A stretch of DNA of 64,000 nt from Pseudomonadota bacterium (lineage in GTDB: Bacteria; Myxococcota; JACRCW01; JAFGSX01), in contig JBDRCO010000101.1 of the NCBI GenBank assembly GCA_043821645.1, positions 1-64,000 of the forward strand. The letters run 5' to 3'. Each line of letters opens with the position of its first letter. Position 1 is the first letter of the stretch. A program made the position numbers and the translations under genes. Shown here one piece after another: positions 28,964 to 38,630 of this stretch. Under the pieces are notes generated by a model. The model saw only the letters and a program-made list of their open reading frames with translations. It did not search any database and had not been told where the DNA came from.

Positions 28964-30943
28964 TCAGTCGGGAGGCATCCTCGCCGGTGTATCCGGTCGC
29001 CGATTGCCGTGCGACGAGGATGGGGCAGGAACGAGGGATCCTGAGCTCGGGACTTCGGTGCTGGAGCCCGGTGGAAGATGCGCGTTCGCACAATCCGGCC
29101 CCGCCTCGTACGAACCGAGCACGTGGCAGGGCATGCCACCTCCCGCGCTCGGGTCACAGTAGAAGCGGTAGGACTCATCGGGGGATCGCCCCTCGGCCCA
29201 CTTGCCGTAGCTGTAGCCTCCCAGGCTGCCCACGCAGGGCTTCTTGCTCTCCTGGCAGTCCGCCCCACCGCAGCGCAGCTCGACGACCAGCTCGACGTCA
29301 CCGTCGTTGTCGTAGTCTGCAGAGGCCAGGTTGATCTGGTCGCAAGGGAGGTGTCTCGCCGTTGGGCTGGCGGCCTGCAAGCTCTCCACCTGTTGGCGGA
29401 CGTTCGCGAGCGCCCGCTCCCTCATGGACGAAGCCATTCTCCCGCCTGCAGATGGTTTGAGGGCGCTCCCAGTTGTTGGCGTGGGCAGGGGCACATCACC
29501 GGGTACGAGCAAGCACTGATTCACCTCTGAGAGCGAACGCATTGTGGCCTCGAGCACCCCGTGCTCACCCGCAATGGCGATGGGCACTCGCACCCGTCGA
29601 GGTGGACTGGACCCGTGGGCCATGGCGTTCGCGCACAGCGCAGTGCCCACATTGCCCGCGTCCTTCCAAGCCTGCAGCCCGACGCTATCTCGCAAGCGGA
29701 AGCAGCGTGGTGCGTCGACGAAGATACCTCCCCGCGCCAGCGCGGTGGCCAGGTCACCCTCCAGAAGCGATGGACGCTGTGCTTTGCGTAGCCGCTGCAG
29801 CAGCAACTGCTCGCGGGGTGTCGGCGTGCTCGGGCCCGAACTCGGTCTGTACCAGCTGTGGCGTTGAAACAACTGCTGCAGCTCCCAGCGTGCAAAGTCG
29901 TGGCCGTGTCTGGCGTACACGACTTGTTCGAGGAGCCACAGGCATCCATCCGGCAAGGTCTGCAGGACGCTGTCGTCCACCGGCGTGCCGGCGGCGATCG
30001 TCCCAAAAGCCTGGACCAAGTCTGGCAGCGCGGGTAGCGAGCCACCCAAGCAAGCCCGGTGCAGTGCACGCCAGCCCTGCGAGTCGCGGGACGTGTCGCG
30101 CCATAACCACTGCGCATGCTTGCCACATGCCAGCGCGCTGCCGTGGTCGCACGTCAGAGCCCACAGAGGCGACAGGACTTCGTCCTGAGCCTCCCCCAGG
30201 GTATCTGCGATCCCCAGCAAGGCACCGTTACAGAGATCCCGCTGGTCGCCCCAGGTACCATGCTCGTCATAGCCACGGAGCGGCCCCGCCGGACCGCATA
30301 CCCGGGACCACACTTCCGTGGCGGCGGTCTGCCTCGCGGACGATGCGGGGAGGGGAGGACCGGCCAGGAGTTCCCGGGCACTTGCCATGCAGAAACGGGA
30401 ATCCACGGTGCAGGCACCGCGTGCCACGCTCGTGGCGACGAGTTCTCTGTCCTCATCTTCACTGCGAAGGGCGGACGCGATGACCGAAACCATGAGTGGC
30501 GCAAAGCGCTTGTCGTGGACCGGCTTCTCGGTTGCTTGCATCATGTGCTGGCGCTGCTCGCGGCAAGCCTGCACGTCGCCACTCCGGCACAGTGTGTCAT
30601 CGCTGCCCAAGGTCTTCAGGAGCCAGTCGTCCATGCCAGTTTCCAGAGCCTCAGGCCACATCAGCAGGCAGGCCTCACGCACGCCGTAGTCGCACGCCAG
30701 CTGGAAACAGCTCGCGGGGCTCTTCTGCTGTTGCTCACGCGGGAGTCCGAGGTTGCGCTTCCCCAGCGTCATGCAGGCTGCGCTGTCGCCGTCGAAGCAG
30801 CTCTCCCACAGATGCTCGGTGTCGGTGGCGGGCCGGGGCTGACAACTGCACGAGCACGAACACGCCGCCAGGGCGAGGCACAGCGCCCCCCAGTGCAGTG
30901 CTTCACGAGTTCGGCGTCTCAGACGGAGGTCGATGCTGGTCAT
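28964..30943 (-). CDS. Lipoprotein with Sel1-like Cys repeats and YARHG domain
   Basis: Lipobox LAAC; ACDYGVREAC-type repeats; VYARHGHDF..LQQLF..SWYRP. Confidence 0.65.
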   Translation of the reverse strand: MTSIDLRLRRRTREALHWGALCLALAACSCSCSCQPRPATDTEHLWESCFDGDSAACMTLGKRNLGLPREQQQKSPASCFQLACDYGVREACLLMWPEALETGMDDWLLKTLGSDDTLCRSGDVQACREQRQHMMQATEKPVHDKRFAPLMVSVIASALRSEDEDRELVATSVARGACTVDSRFCMASARELLAGPPLPASSARQTAATEVWSRVCGPAGPLRGYDEHGTWGDQRDLCNGALLGIADTLGEAQDEVLSPLWALTCDHGSALACGKHAQWLWRDTSRDSQGWRALHRACLGGSLPALPDLVQAFGTIAAGTPVDDSVLQTLPDGCLWLLEQVVYARHGHDFARWELQQLFQRHSWYRPSSGPSTPTPREQLLLQRLRKAQRPSLLEGDLATALARGGIFVDAPRCFRLRDSVGLQAWKDAGNVGTALCANAMAHGSSPPRRVRVPIAIAGEHGVLEATMRSLSEVNQCLLVPGDVPLPTPTTGSALKPSAGGRMASSMRERALANVRQQVESLQAASPTARHLPCDQINLASADYDNDGDVELVVELRCGGADCQESKKPCVGSLGGYSYGKWAEGRSPDESYRFYCDPSAGGGMPCHVLGSYEAGPDCANAHLPPGSSTEVPSSGSLVPAPSSSHGNRRPDTPARMPPD

Positions 30944-30980
30944 TGCTGGATCCAGGGCAGCACGCACGCACCGGGTGTGG

Positions 30981-32186
30981 TTAGCGCGAGCGTACGTTCG
31001 GGCCCTTGAGCAGATCGCCGAGGGTACCAAAGCCTCCGCTTTCGACATGCTGGCGCGGTGCTCCGGCATCGTCGTCCCGACGACGCGCATCCGGGCCCTT
31101 GGCGGGTGTGTCGCCGCCTGGCAGGCCCAGGGCAATGCGACGCCGCTCCGTATCCACCTCGAGCACGCGCACAGTCAGGCGCTGGCCCTCTTGCACCGCT
31201 TCCCGCGGATTGGCGATGCGACGGCCCTGACCCAGCTCGGAGATGTGCACCAGACCCTCGACGCCCGGGGTCAGCTCGACGAAGGCGCCAAAGGGCGCCA
31301 GGCGCACGACGGTGCCCTCGCGCTCTTGCTCGGGGGCCAGGCTGGCCAGGATGTCGACCCAGGGATCGTCGAGCAAGGCCTTCATGCTGAGGCTGATCTT
31401 GCGGTTTTCCTTGTCGATGGACTTGACGGCCACGCGTACCGGCTGTCCCGTCGCCAGCACGCTCCCCGGGTCCGCCACGCGCTCGTGGCCGATCTCGGAC
31501 ACGTGGAGCAGACCCTGGGTGCCGCCGATGTCGACGAAGGCGCCGTACTTCTGCACCGAGGCGATGGTGCCATCGAAGACCTGGCCGACCTCCAGGTTCT
31601 GCCACAGCTCGCGCGACTGCACCTCGGCTTCGCGCTCGAGGAACTTGCGGCGGCTGACCAGGACGTCGCGCTTGCCCTTGAGCTGGGTCACCAGGAAGTT
31701 GTAGCTGTGGCCCAGGTGCACTGCCGGGTCCTCGCAGTAGGCATTGTCGATCTGCGAGATGGGGCAGAAGGCGCGTACCCCCATGACCTGCACCACAAAG
31801 CCGCCCTTGTTGGTTTCCTTGACCACGCCCTCGACCGGGAGCTTGTTGACCCGCGCCTGATCCAGAGCCAGCAGGGCGGCCTCCTGGTTCCCCGGGCGTT
31901 CTCCGCTGGCGCTGACACCGGCACCGCTGGAGCAGGTGTACACGCCGTCGCGCTCGCCGGTGACGTAGATCGTGACGCGGTCGCCCACGGCCACGCGCAG
32001 CTCGCCCTCCTCGAGCAGATCCAACTTGGGGATCATGCCCTCGGCGTGACCACCGAGCTGCAGGAACACGTACTCCTGTCCGACCGAGAGCACGCTTGCC
32101 TCGATCCTCGAGCCAGGCTCCGGGCCCTTGGTCTCGTCTCCGTAGCTTTCGAGCAGTTCCGCAAAGCTGGGTTCGTCGGTGCTCAT
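30981..32186 (-). CDS. 30S ribosomal protein S1-like protein (four S1 domains; probable short paralog)
   Basis: SFAELLESY N-terminus; NKGGF, YGAFVDIGGTQGLLHVSEI, FGAFVELTPGVEGLVHISEL; C-terminal GFGTLGDLL. Confidence 0.9.
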   Translation of the reverse strand: MSTDEPSFAELLESYGDETKGPEPGSRIEASVLSVGQEYVFLQLGGHAEGMIPKLDLLEEGELRVAVGDRVTIYVTGERDGVYTCSSGAGVSASGERPGNQEAALLALDQARVNKLPVEGVVKETNKGGFVVQVMGVRAFCPISQIDNAYCEDPAVHLGHSYNFLVTQLKGKRDVLVSRRKFLEREAEVQSRELWQNLEVGQVFDGTIASVQKYGAFVDIGGTQGLLHVSEIGHERVADPGSVLATGQPVRVAVKSIDKENRKISLSMKALLDDPWVDILASLAPEQEREGTVVRLAPFGAFVELTPGVEGLVHISELGQGRRIANPREAVQEGQRLTVRVLEVDTERRRIALGLPGGDTPAKGPDARRRDDDAGAPRQHVESGGFGTLGDLLKGPNVRSR

Positions 32187-32320
32187 GCACACTCCTCGTG
32201 GCCTCCGTCTGTCCGGGAACCGTGTCGCGTGTGCCCGGGAGGCGTCGATAGCAGTGCAAGTTTGCACCGGCGCGTCGAGAAAAAAGCGCTACTGTATTGA
32301 AAGTCGAGGAGGTGGCGAGC

Positions 32321-32542
32321 ATGCGATGGTCGGCGCTCAAGATCCTGACCGTGGTTGGCGGTGCAGCCGGTGGCTGGGCTTTCAGTTCGTTCGTGGGGTG
32401 TTACTCGTCTTGAGGCATCCTCGGCAACCCGTGGCTCGCGGGTGCTCTGGGCGCCGTGCTCGCGCTCAACCTGGTGTGGACTCCTTCCCGCAACGTTCCT
32501 GAAGCCGTGGCTCCTGCGCCCGGGGATCCCCCGGTGGTCTGA
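32321..32542 (+). CDS. Candidate small membrane selenoprotein (DUF6132-like, CxxxU), 73 aa by UGA read-through
   Basis: GAGGAGG RBS (32306-32312), ATG 32321; MRWSALKILTVVGGAAGGWAFSSFVGCYSS-UGA(32411)-GILGNPWLAGALGAVLALNLVWTPSRNVPEAVAPAPGDPPVV*. Confidence 0.65.
32414..32455 (+). promoter_or_regulatory. Putative bacterial SECIS hairpin
   Basis: Directly after the UGA: lower stem GGCAUCC/GGGCGCC (one mismatch), upper stem GGC-A-ACCCGU/GCGGGUGCU, apical loop GGCUC starting after a 19-nt spacer. Confidence 0.55.
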
Positions 32543-32618
32543 CCGGGCACAGGTCCTCGTCGACCCGCGCGCCCGCGACCGCTAGGATGCCTCCTTCCCC
32601 ACGCTGCAGGAGGACCTC

Positions 32619-33857
32619 ATGACGAGCCGGTGGTTCAGTGCCTGCGTGCTGGGTCTGGCCATGTTCGTGGCCATGCCCGGCCGCAGCGCCCAGATGGTGG
32701 CCCTGAACATGCGTGCCACCGGTGAAGTCAAGGCTGCCCTGGCCGAGACCCTGACGCCCCTGCTCATCGCCGAGCTGTCGCGGCGCCCCGGTATCAGCGT
32801 GGTCAGCCAGGCCGACGTGCGCGCCCTGATGGAGAACGAGGCGCGCAAGCAAGCCATGGGCTGCGACGACACCACCTGCATGACCGAGATCGCGGGCAGC
32901 CTGGGTGCCGAGCTGCTGCTGTCGTCGAGCCTGGGCAAGGTTGGCCGCAAGTGGATCGTGAGTCTGACCCTGATCCAGGTCGAGCAGGCCAAGGTGTTCA
33001 GGCGCGTCAGCGGCGAGCAGCTCGGTGGCGACGAGGCCGCGGCAGAAGCGGTGATCGCCGCGGTGCAGGATCTTTTTCGTGACGGACTGCCCGAGGAACT
33101 CCAGGGCCCGGCGTCCTTGTCGCGCCTGGGCTTCAAGGCCGCACTGCTGGGTTTTGCCAGGGTGGTTCGCGATCCGAAGCAGGACCCCAAGCCACCGCGC
33201 AGGCGCATCGTCCTCGATCTGGTCAACACCGAGCTCGACTACGACGTGGAGCCCAAGTTCTACCTGCTCGACGTCACCTCCAACCGCGAGATCTCCGACC
33301 TCGACCGCGTGATCCTCGCCGCCCGCGATCGCACCGAGGCCGACCATCTGCTCGACGCCCGCGACCAGTGGCGCCTGCTTCGTCAAGACTGGGATCGCGT
33401 CAAGGAGATCCGGACCCGCGCCCGCGAGCGTGGCGTGGCACCGTCGGGGCGGCCCCTGCGCTTCGAGGACCCGGAGCCCAGGGAGTGGCCCGAGGCCAAG
33501 GAAGCTCAGACCTACTGGAAGACCGTGGCACCGGCGCAGAAGGTGGTGCTGCGCGCGCTCAAGGCCTACCTCAAGCGAGACCCCAAGGCCTTCGGCGCGC
33601 AGTGGGCCAAGGGCTACGAGGGATCGGCCGGACGTTTCTTCGAGGAGCAGCACGCCACCGATCAGCGCAGCAAGTACACCTACACCATCGCCCCGCAGCA
33701 GGTCGTGACACCCTGGGATCTCAAGAGCCTGATCGAGGCCGCCAAGCCCGACGAGATCACCGTGCTGCTGGTGCAGTTCCGCGACGGAAAACCCTACGAC
33801 GACGATCGCGTGTACATGAAGCTTGAGGAAGGAGTGTGGAAGATACGTTCCTGGTAG
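32619..33857 (+). CDS. Hypothetical secreted protein (N-terminal domain resembles those preceding PEGA domains)
   Basis: Signal peptide; GCDDTTCMTEIAGSLGA..SLGKVG motif; AGGAGG RBS. Confidence 0.75.
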   Translation: MTSRWFSACVLGLAMFVAMPGRSAQMVALNMRATGEVKAALAETLTPLLIAELSRRPGISVVSQADVRALMENEARKQAMGCDDTTCMTEIAGSLGAELLLSSSLGKVGRKWIVSLTLIQVEQAKVFRRVSGEQLGGDEAAAEAVIAAVQDLFRDGLPEELQGPASLSRLGFKAALLGFARVVRDPKQDPKPPRRRIVLDLVNTELDYDVEPKFYLLDVTSNREISDLDRVILAARDRTEADHLLDARDQWRLLRQDWDRVKEIRTRARERGVAPSGRPLRFEDPEPREWPEAKEAQTYWKTVAPAQKVVLRALKAYLKRDPKAFGAQWAKGYEGSAGRFFEEQHATDQRSKYTYTIAPQQVVTPWDLKSLIEAAKPDEITVLLVQFRDGKPYDDDRVYMKLEEGVWKIRSW

Positions 33858-33883
33858 AGCTACCCCTGGCGGGCTGCGGTAGC

Positions 33884-36700
33884 CTAGTGCAGCACCTCGA
33901 AGCGCGCGTTGTCCGCCATGCCGCTGGTGTTCCGGTAATTCTTGAACGACGGCCACATCCGGCTCGGCGTGAAGTAGTGGATCGCCGGTACATCGCTGCC
34001 CAGGCTCCGGGTGTCGGCAATTTCTCCTGTGGCGACCACGTCCAGCAGACCGCAGCCGCTGTCCAGTTCCGTCAGCTTCACCACCAGGCGCGCAGCGGTG
34101 GGAGCGAGCTTGTGGACCTCGAGTCGTAGCCTGTACCAGGTGTCCCGTCGAATCAGGCCCGTCAGATCTGCGATTCGCGGTCGGCGGTCGACGGTGGCCC
34201 CGTCCCAGTAGCCCTCGATGTTCAGGCCGCCGGTCTCGTCCGGGTCCAGCTGCACCCCGAAGTTGAGAGCTGAATCCACCGAGGTGCCGCGCAGGCTCCA
34301 GCCCACGCGGTCGTCGTCGAAGCCTGCCGCACTGCTGCTTTGAAAATCCATCTCGAACACGACCCCGGTCAGGCCTGTGTCGTTCCAGTCGAAGGGGCTG
34401 GCCGTGCGGTTGAAGATCGAACGGCCCGGTGCCAGGCCCACCGTGTCACCGCAACCCATACCCGGGGTGACAATGGGTCCGTCGTCATCGAACCAATCCA
34501 CGTGATCCCCGACGTCCACACCCGCGGCGAAGCCGCTGTCGAAGGTCTCGAAGAATCCTGGGTCCGCGGCCACCGGGCCCTGGCAGCTGAGGTCTATGCG
34601 GAGCGCATCCTGGGCGCAGTTGGTGCGCAACTCCTCGATGCTCAATGCGTGGTCGTACAGCCGGACCACCGCGATGTCGCCGTCGAAGGCGCCGGCGGGT
34701 ACACCCGTCGAGTTCAGCATGCGTCCCACGCCCAGAGGGTTGTGGTTGCTCGTGTTCGGGATCACGGACAGGGGCTCCGCGGTGTCGACTCCGCCGTCGA
34801 CGACTAGGGCCCTGGTGATGCCATTGTAGGTGACGGCCACCTGGTGCCAGTCTCCGATAGTCAAGGCTGCAAGGCCGACGAGCGGTGTGTTGAGACTGGT
34901 ACTGGCATCCTCGAGGTCTGTGCCCACCCTGCCATCTTCGGTGATGCCCAGGATGTAGTTGAAGTCGACCAGGCTGTTTTCCTGCTCGTCCCGTCCCTTG
35001 GACACGAGAGGTTCGAGAGGGATGCCACCGGTGCCAGTGATGTTGACCGAACCCACAGCGCGCCGGCGCATCAAGACCTCGACGGTGAAGGTGGGGCTGT
35101 TCAAGACCCCTGAGGGGTCTGCGATCGCGGCCTGATCGTCGACGCCATCAAAAGACAGGCGGTAGGGATCCGTGTCCAGACCCGCGCCTGTCCAGCCCGA
35201 ATTCACGCCGCAGGCCGGTGAGGAGAAGCCGGTGAGGGCGCTTGACCAGGCGCTGTGCAGGTCGAGCCATTGCAGGGGTGCCGATACCGGGCAGGAGGCT
35301 CCGGCAAAGCTGGCGCCATCGCTTTGTGCGGCGTCCAGGTGGAGCAGGAGGCCGGAGCTGACGATGGTACATCCCTCGTCGATCCCGTCCTGGCAGTTGT
35401 TGTCCACGCCGTCGCAGGTCTCAACCTGGCCGGGTGCGATAGCGATGTCCGCGTCGTCACAATCGTTGGCAGTGGCCGTGGCCAGCCAGGTGGTGCCCGC
35501 GCCATCAGGGTCCTGGCAGGACGGGGTCACGGCGGTGTTCACGGTGTAGCCATCGCCATCCGAGTCCCGATACCACAGGGGGGCCAGGTCCTCGCCATCG
35601 TGGCCGTCGCAGTCTTGATCCTGCCCGTCGCAGCTGTCTTGAGCTGGATTGCCAGGATAGCAGTCAGCTCCACAGGCACCCGTGTCATCGTCGCAGTCAA
35701 AAGCCGTGACAGCGGAGCCGGCGATCCATCGAGAGCCATTCCCGTCCGGATCATCACAGGCCACGACGGGATCCAGAGCGCCAGGAGCGCCGTCGCCGTC
35801 GGCGTCGACAAACCACAACCGAAGGTCGTCCTCGCCGTCGCGACCGTCGCAGTTCTGGTCGAGCGCATCGCACAGGTCGCGGGTCGAGTTGGAGGGGAAA
35901 CAGGAGGCACCACACTGCTGGGGGTCGTCGTCGCAGTCGAAGGCAACTAGTCCGGCGGCGGGCAGCCATTCCCCGCCGGTCCCGTCAGGGTCCTCGCAGC
36001 TCACGACCAGCTCCGTCGCCCGGGGGAACCCGTCGCCATCCACGTCGCGGAACCAAGCCCGTCCCTCGGCCTCGCCCTCGACGCCATCGCAGTCGTCGTC
36101 GAGGTCATCACACAGGTCCGGGGCGAGGTTGCCGGGAAAGCAGCCGGCACCGCAGGCTGATGGATCATCATCGCAGTCGAGGGTCGTGGCCACGGCGACC
36201 CAGTGGATGTCCGCACCATCGGGATCCGCGCACGCTCGCAGGGTCGCGGTCGACCCCACGAAGCCATCGCCATCCTCATCCAGGTACCAGTCCAGAGTTG
36301 TCACGCCGGGTCCAGCCATCCCCGTGCAGTGGCCCTGGGCGTCGCAGCTATCGTGCTCGGTGCAGTCCAGGCCGTCGTCACAGGGGCCAGTCACCGGCAG
36401 GTGCTGACAGGTTCCGGAGGCACAGCGGTCGTCGGTGCAGTCGTTCCGGTCATCACAGTGGGCGTCCAGATGGCATGCGGCGGGACTCTCGGCGACGCAA
36501 TGCACCGCTGCGTCGAGGACAAACCCGACTTCACACGCGCAACGCGGCTGCCCGTCGACGTTCTCGCACTGGCCATGGCCGTCGCAGTTCACGCTGCTGC
36601 AGGGGTCGGAACGATCTGGGTCGAAGCCCAGGCGAGTGCATGCAGGAGCTGTCCAGAGCGCGGCGACGAGGAGGATCGTCGGATACCGTGGACGAAGCAT
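33884..36700 (-). CDS. Large Cys-rich lipoprotein with EGF-like domain, four W-x-x-DxDGDG repeats and LamG-like jelly-roll domain
   Basis: Lipobox APAC; CSSVNCDGHGQC..CACEVG; WYLDEDGDG, WFRDVDGDG, WFVDADGDG, WYRDSDGDG; LLLHLDA..LSFDGVDD..WHQVAVTY..FDGDIAVVRLYDHALS. Confidence 0.85.
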   Translation of the reverse strand: MLRPRYPTILLVAALWTAPACTRLGFDPDRSDPCSSVNCDGHGQCENVDGQPRCACEVGFVLDAAVHCVAESPAACHLDAHCDDRNDCTDDRCASGTCQHLPVTGPCDDGLDCTEHDSCDAQGHCTGMAGPGVTTLDWYLDEDGDGFVGSTATLRACADPDGADIHWVAVATTLDCDDDPSACGAGCFPGNLAPDLCDDLDDDCDGVEGEAEGRAWFRDVDGDGFPRATELVVSCEDPDGTGGEWLPAAGLVAFDCDDDPQQCGASCFPSNSTRDLCDALDQNCDGRDGEDDLRLWFVDADGDGAPGALDPVVACDDPDGNGSRWIAGSAVTAFDCDDDTGACGADCYPGNPAQDSCDGQDQDCDGHDGEDLAPLWYRDSDGDGYTVNTAVTPSCQDPDGAGTTWLATATANDCDDADIAIAPGQVETCDGVDNNCQDGIDEGCTIVSSGLLLHLDAAQSDGASFAGASCPVSAPLQWLDLHSAWSSALTGFSSPACGVNSGWTGAGLDTDPYRLSFDGVDDQAAIADPSGVLNSPTFTVEVLMRRRAVGSVNITGTGGIPLEPLVSKGRDEQENSLVDFNYILGITEDGRVGTDLEDASTSLNTPLVGLAALTIGDWHQVAVTYNGITRALVVDGGVDTAEPLSVIPNTSNHNPLGVGRMLNSTGVPAGAFDGDIAVVRLYDHALSIEELRTNCAQDALRIDLSCQGPVAADPGFFETFDSGFAAGVDVGDHVDWFDDDGPIVTPGMGCGDTVGLAPGRSIFNRTASPFDWNDTGLTGVVFEMDFQSSSAAGFDDDRVGWSLRGTSVDSALNFGVQLDPDETGGLNIEGYWDGATVDRRPRIADLTGLIRRDTWYRLRLEVHKLAPTAARLVVKLTELDSGCGLLDVVATGEIADTRSLGSDVPAIHYFTPSRMWPSFKNYRNTSGMADNARFEVLH

Positions 36701-37062
36701 GAACAACCCCTTGGAACAACACCCTGGACCGGTGACAGACTCGCGAGTCCAAGCATCCTGCGGCTGCGTCGGACCCTGCGCGTTCTTCTCGTGACTCCAT
36801 GTTTACCACAGGGTCCAGTAGGTCGGTGCGCAAGCGGCAGCTTTTTACCGTGACCGCGTGCCCTGCGTCGGCCTGGCTCGCCAGAGGATCGGAGAACTCG
36901 AGCAGATCCTGCTCAGCGAGATCGAGAGCGGTGAGCAGCGACGTGACAAGGGCCGGGATACCACGGGGCTGCTACAGGAGTTCGGACCCGCACCCATCTC
37001 CGCGGAGGCTTCCGCGGTGGCCGGGCTGGGCTGAAGGTGCGTGAATCGGCACCGGGCACAGC

Positions 37063-38016
37063 TCACATCTCGTCGATGCTCTTTCCGCCCAGCCACATCA
37101 GGGCCACTCCCCCACCAGCGCTGGCCGCGGCGGTCACGGCTGCGGCGCCGCCGAGCAGCCCCCAGGTGGTCCACAGCGCGGAACTCTGGGTCTGGTAGGA
37201 CTGGGGATTGCTCTGCTCCAGGGGGGCAAGCTGGGACACCAGGTAAGCCCCGTTGGCGATGGAACCCACGGCCGCCAGGGCGCTGACCGCGCCCACGGCC
37301 ACCAGGCCACCCCCGATGCTGTAGAAGGTCAGGGCCTCGCGCAGGGAGCTGTGCGTGTCGACCTCGGCGATGCTGCGCCGCGGGGTCTCGGGCTCCACAG
37401 TCTCTCGAGCGGGGGCCGGCAAGGGCGCCAGTTCGGGCAAGGGCTCCTCGACGGGCTCGCTGGCCAGGGCAACACGGGTCCCCTCGTCCCTGGGCTTTGC
37501 AGGAGCCTCGTCCTCATCGGCGTCACCGTCGGGCAGGGCTGTGCCACTGCTGCGGGATGCGCCATCGCGACTCCGCCGTGGCGGGCTGTCGCTGACCGGT
37601 GGATCCTTTGCGGGCTGCACGGGGCTGCGGGGGCTGGCGGCCGTGGCGCTCTCGTCGGGCTGCACCGGGCGGCGTGCGCCCTCGCGCGCGGGCTCCTCGC
37701 TCCGGCTCGGGGGGGGAGTGGGTTTGGGCTTCGGGGCCGCCTCGGCCGGCGCCTCTTTGGTCCGGCTCGCCGCGGCAGGTGCGTCCTTGGGCATGCAGGC
37801 CTTGACGCCCTTGGTGGCCAGCTCGGCGGCCGGGCCGCTGTCGTTGCGCAGCCGGTCCACGACGTCGTTGCAGGCCTTGCGCCGCTGCTCCTCGGGCAGC
37901 TTGCACACGCCCACGGCCAGCTCGTCGGCGGCGATCATGTCCCCCTGCTTGACCATCGAGATGAGCTGCTTGTGCTCGGGGCTCAGGCTCAGCAACAGGA
38001 ACAGCAATGCGTGCAT
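37063..38016 (-). CDS. Hypothetical Pro-rich protein with two C-terminal TM helices
   Basis: Signal-like N-terminus, low-complexity linker, hydrophobic C-terminus; GAGG RBS. Confidence 0.7.
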   Translation of the reverse strand: MHALLFLLLSLSPEHKQLISMVKQGDMIAADELAVGVCKLPEEQRRKACNDVVDRLRNDSGPAAELATKGVKACMPKDAPAAASRTKEAPAEAAPKPKPTPPPSRSEEPAREGARRPVQPDESATAASPRSPVQPAKDPPVSDSPPRRSRDGASRSSGTALPDGDADEDEAPAKPRDEGTRVALASEPVEEPLPELAPLPAPARETVEPETPRRSIAEVDTHSSLREALTFYSIGGGLVAVGAVSALAAVGSIANGAYLVSQLAPLEQSNPQSYQTQSSALWTTWGLLGGAAAVTAAASAGGGVALMWLGGKSIDEM

Positions 38017-38097
38017 GGTGACCTCGTACGTCGACGGAAACAGCGTTCGATGCTCGCTCTGTATGCGCGCGCCAGGGGCCTCGCAACAAAAAAACGG

Positions 38098-38511
38098 TCA
38101 GGCTCCTGGGCCGTGGGTGGTGAGCTGCGTGGCGAAGTGGTGGTCTGCGGGTGCGAGACGCAGTGCCCCCAGCTTCTCCGGCTCCAACCAGCGGACGGCC
38201 TGGTGCTCGAGTGCCGTGGGCTCACCCGCGGTCGTGCAGGCGTAGAAGCGGATCAGGTAGGGCGATCCCGGATCCCGGGTCTCGTACAGCACGTCTCCTA
38301 TCGTCACCTCGCGCAGGTCCAGCTCCTCCCGCAGCTCTCGACGCAGCGCACTCCCTTCGTCCTCGTCCATGCGCACCTTACCTCCGGGAAACTCCCACAG
38401 CCCTGCGTGGCGGCTCCCGGCGGGGCGCTGACACATCAAGACCTGGCCACCGCGACGTATCACGGCGGCCACCACCACGATGACGGGAGTGGAGGACTCT
38501 GGGACTGCCAT
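38098..38511 (-). CDS. NUDIX hydrolase (MutT/NudG-like)
   Basis: VVAAVI, GLWEFPGGKV..E...ALRRELREEL, APAD. Confidence 0.9.
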   Translation of the reverse strand: MAVPESSTPVIVVVAAVIRRGGQVLMCQRPAGSRHAGLWEFPGGKVRMDEDEGSALRRELREELDLREVTIGDVLYETRDPGSPYLIRFYACTTAGEPTALEHQAVRWLEPEKLGALRLAPADHHFATQLTTHGPGA

Positions 38512-38630
38512 GGCCCCGGACTGTAGCATCCGCCTGCTGGCCAGTATTGCCCAGGGTGCGTTCCTCGGCGTACAACCGCGTCCAGGGGTGATGCATGCAG
38601 GAACGAGCGGGAGATCCCTGGGCAGGGACG

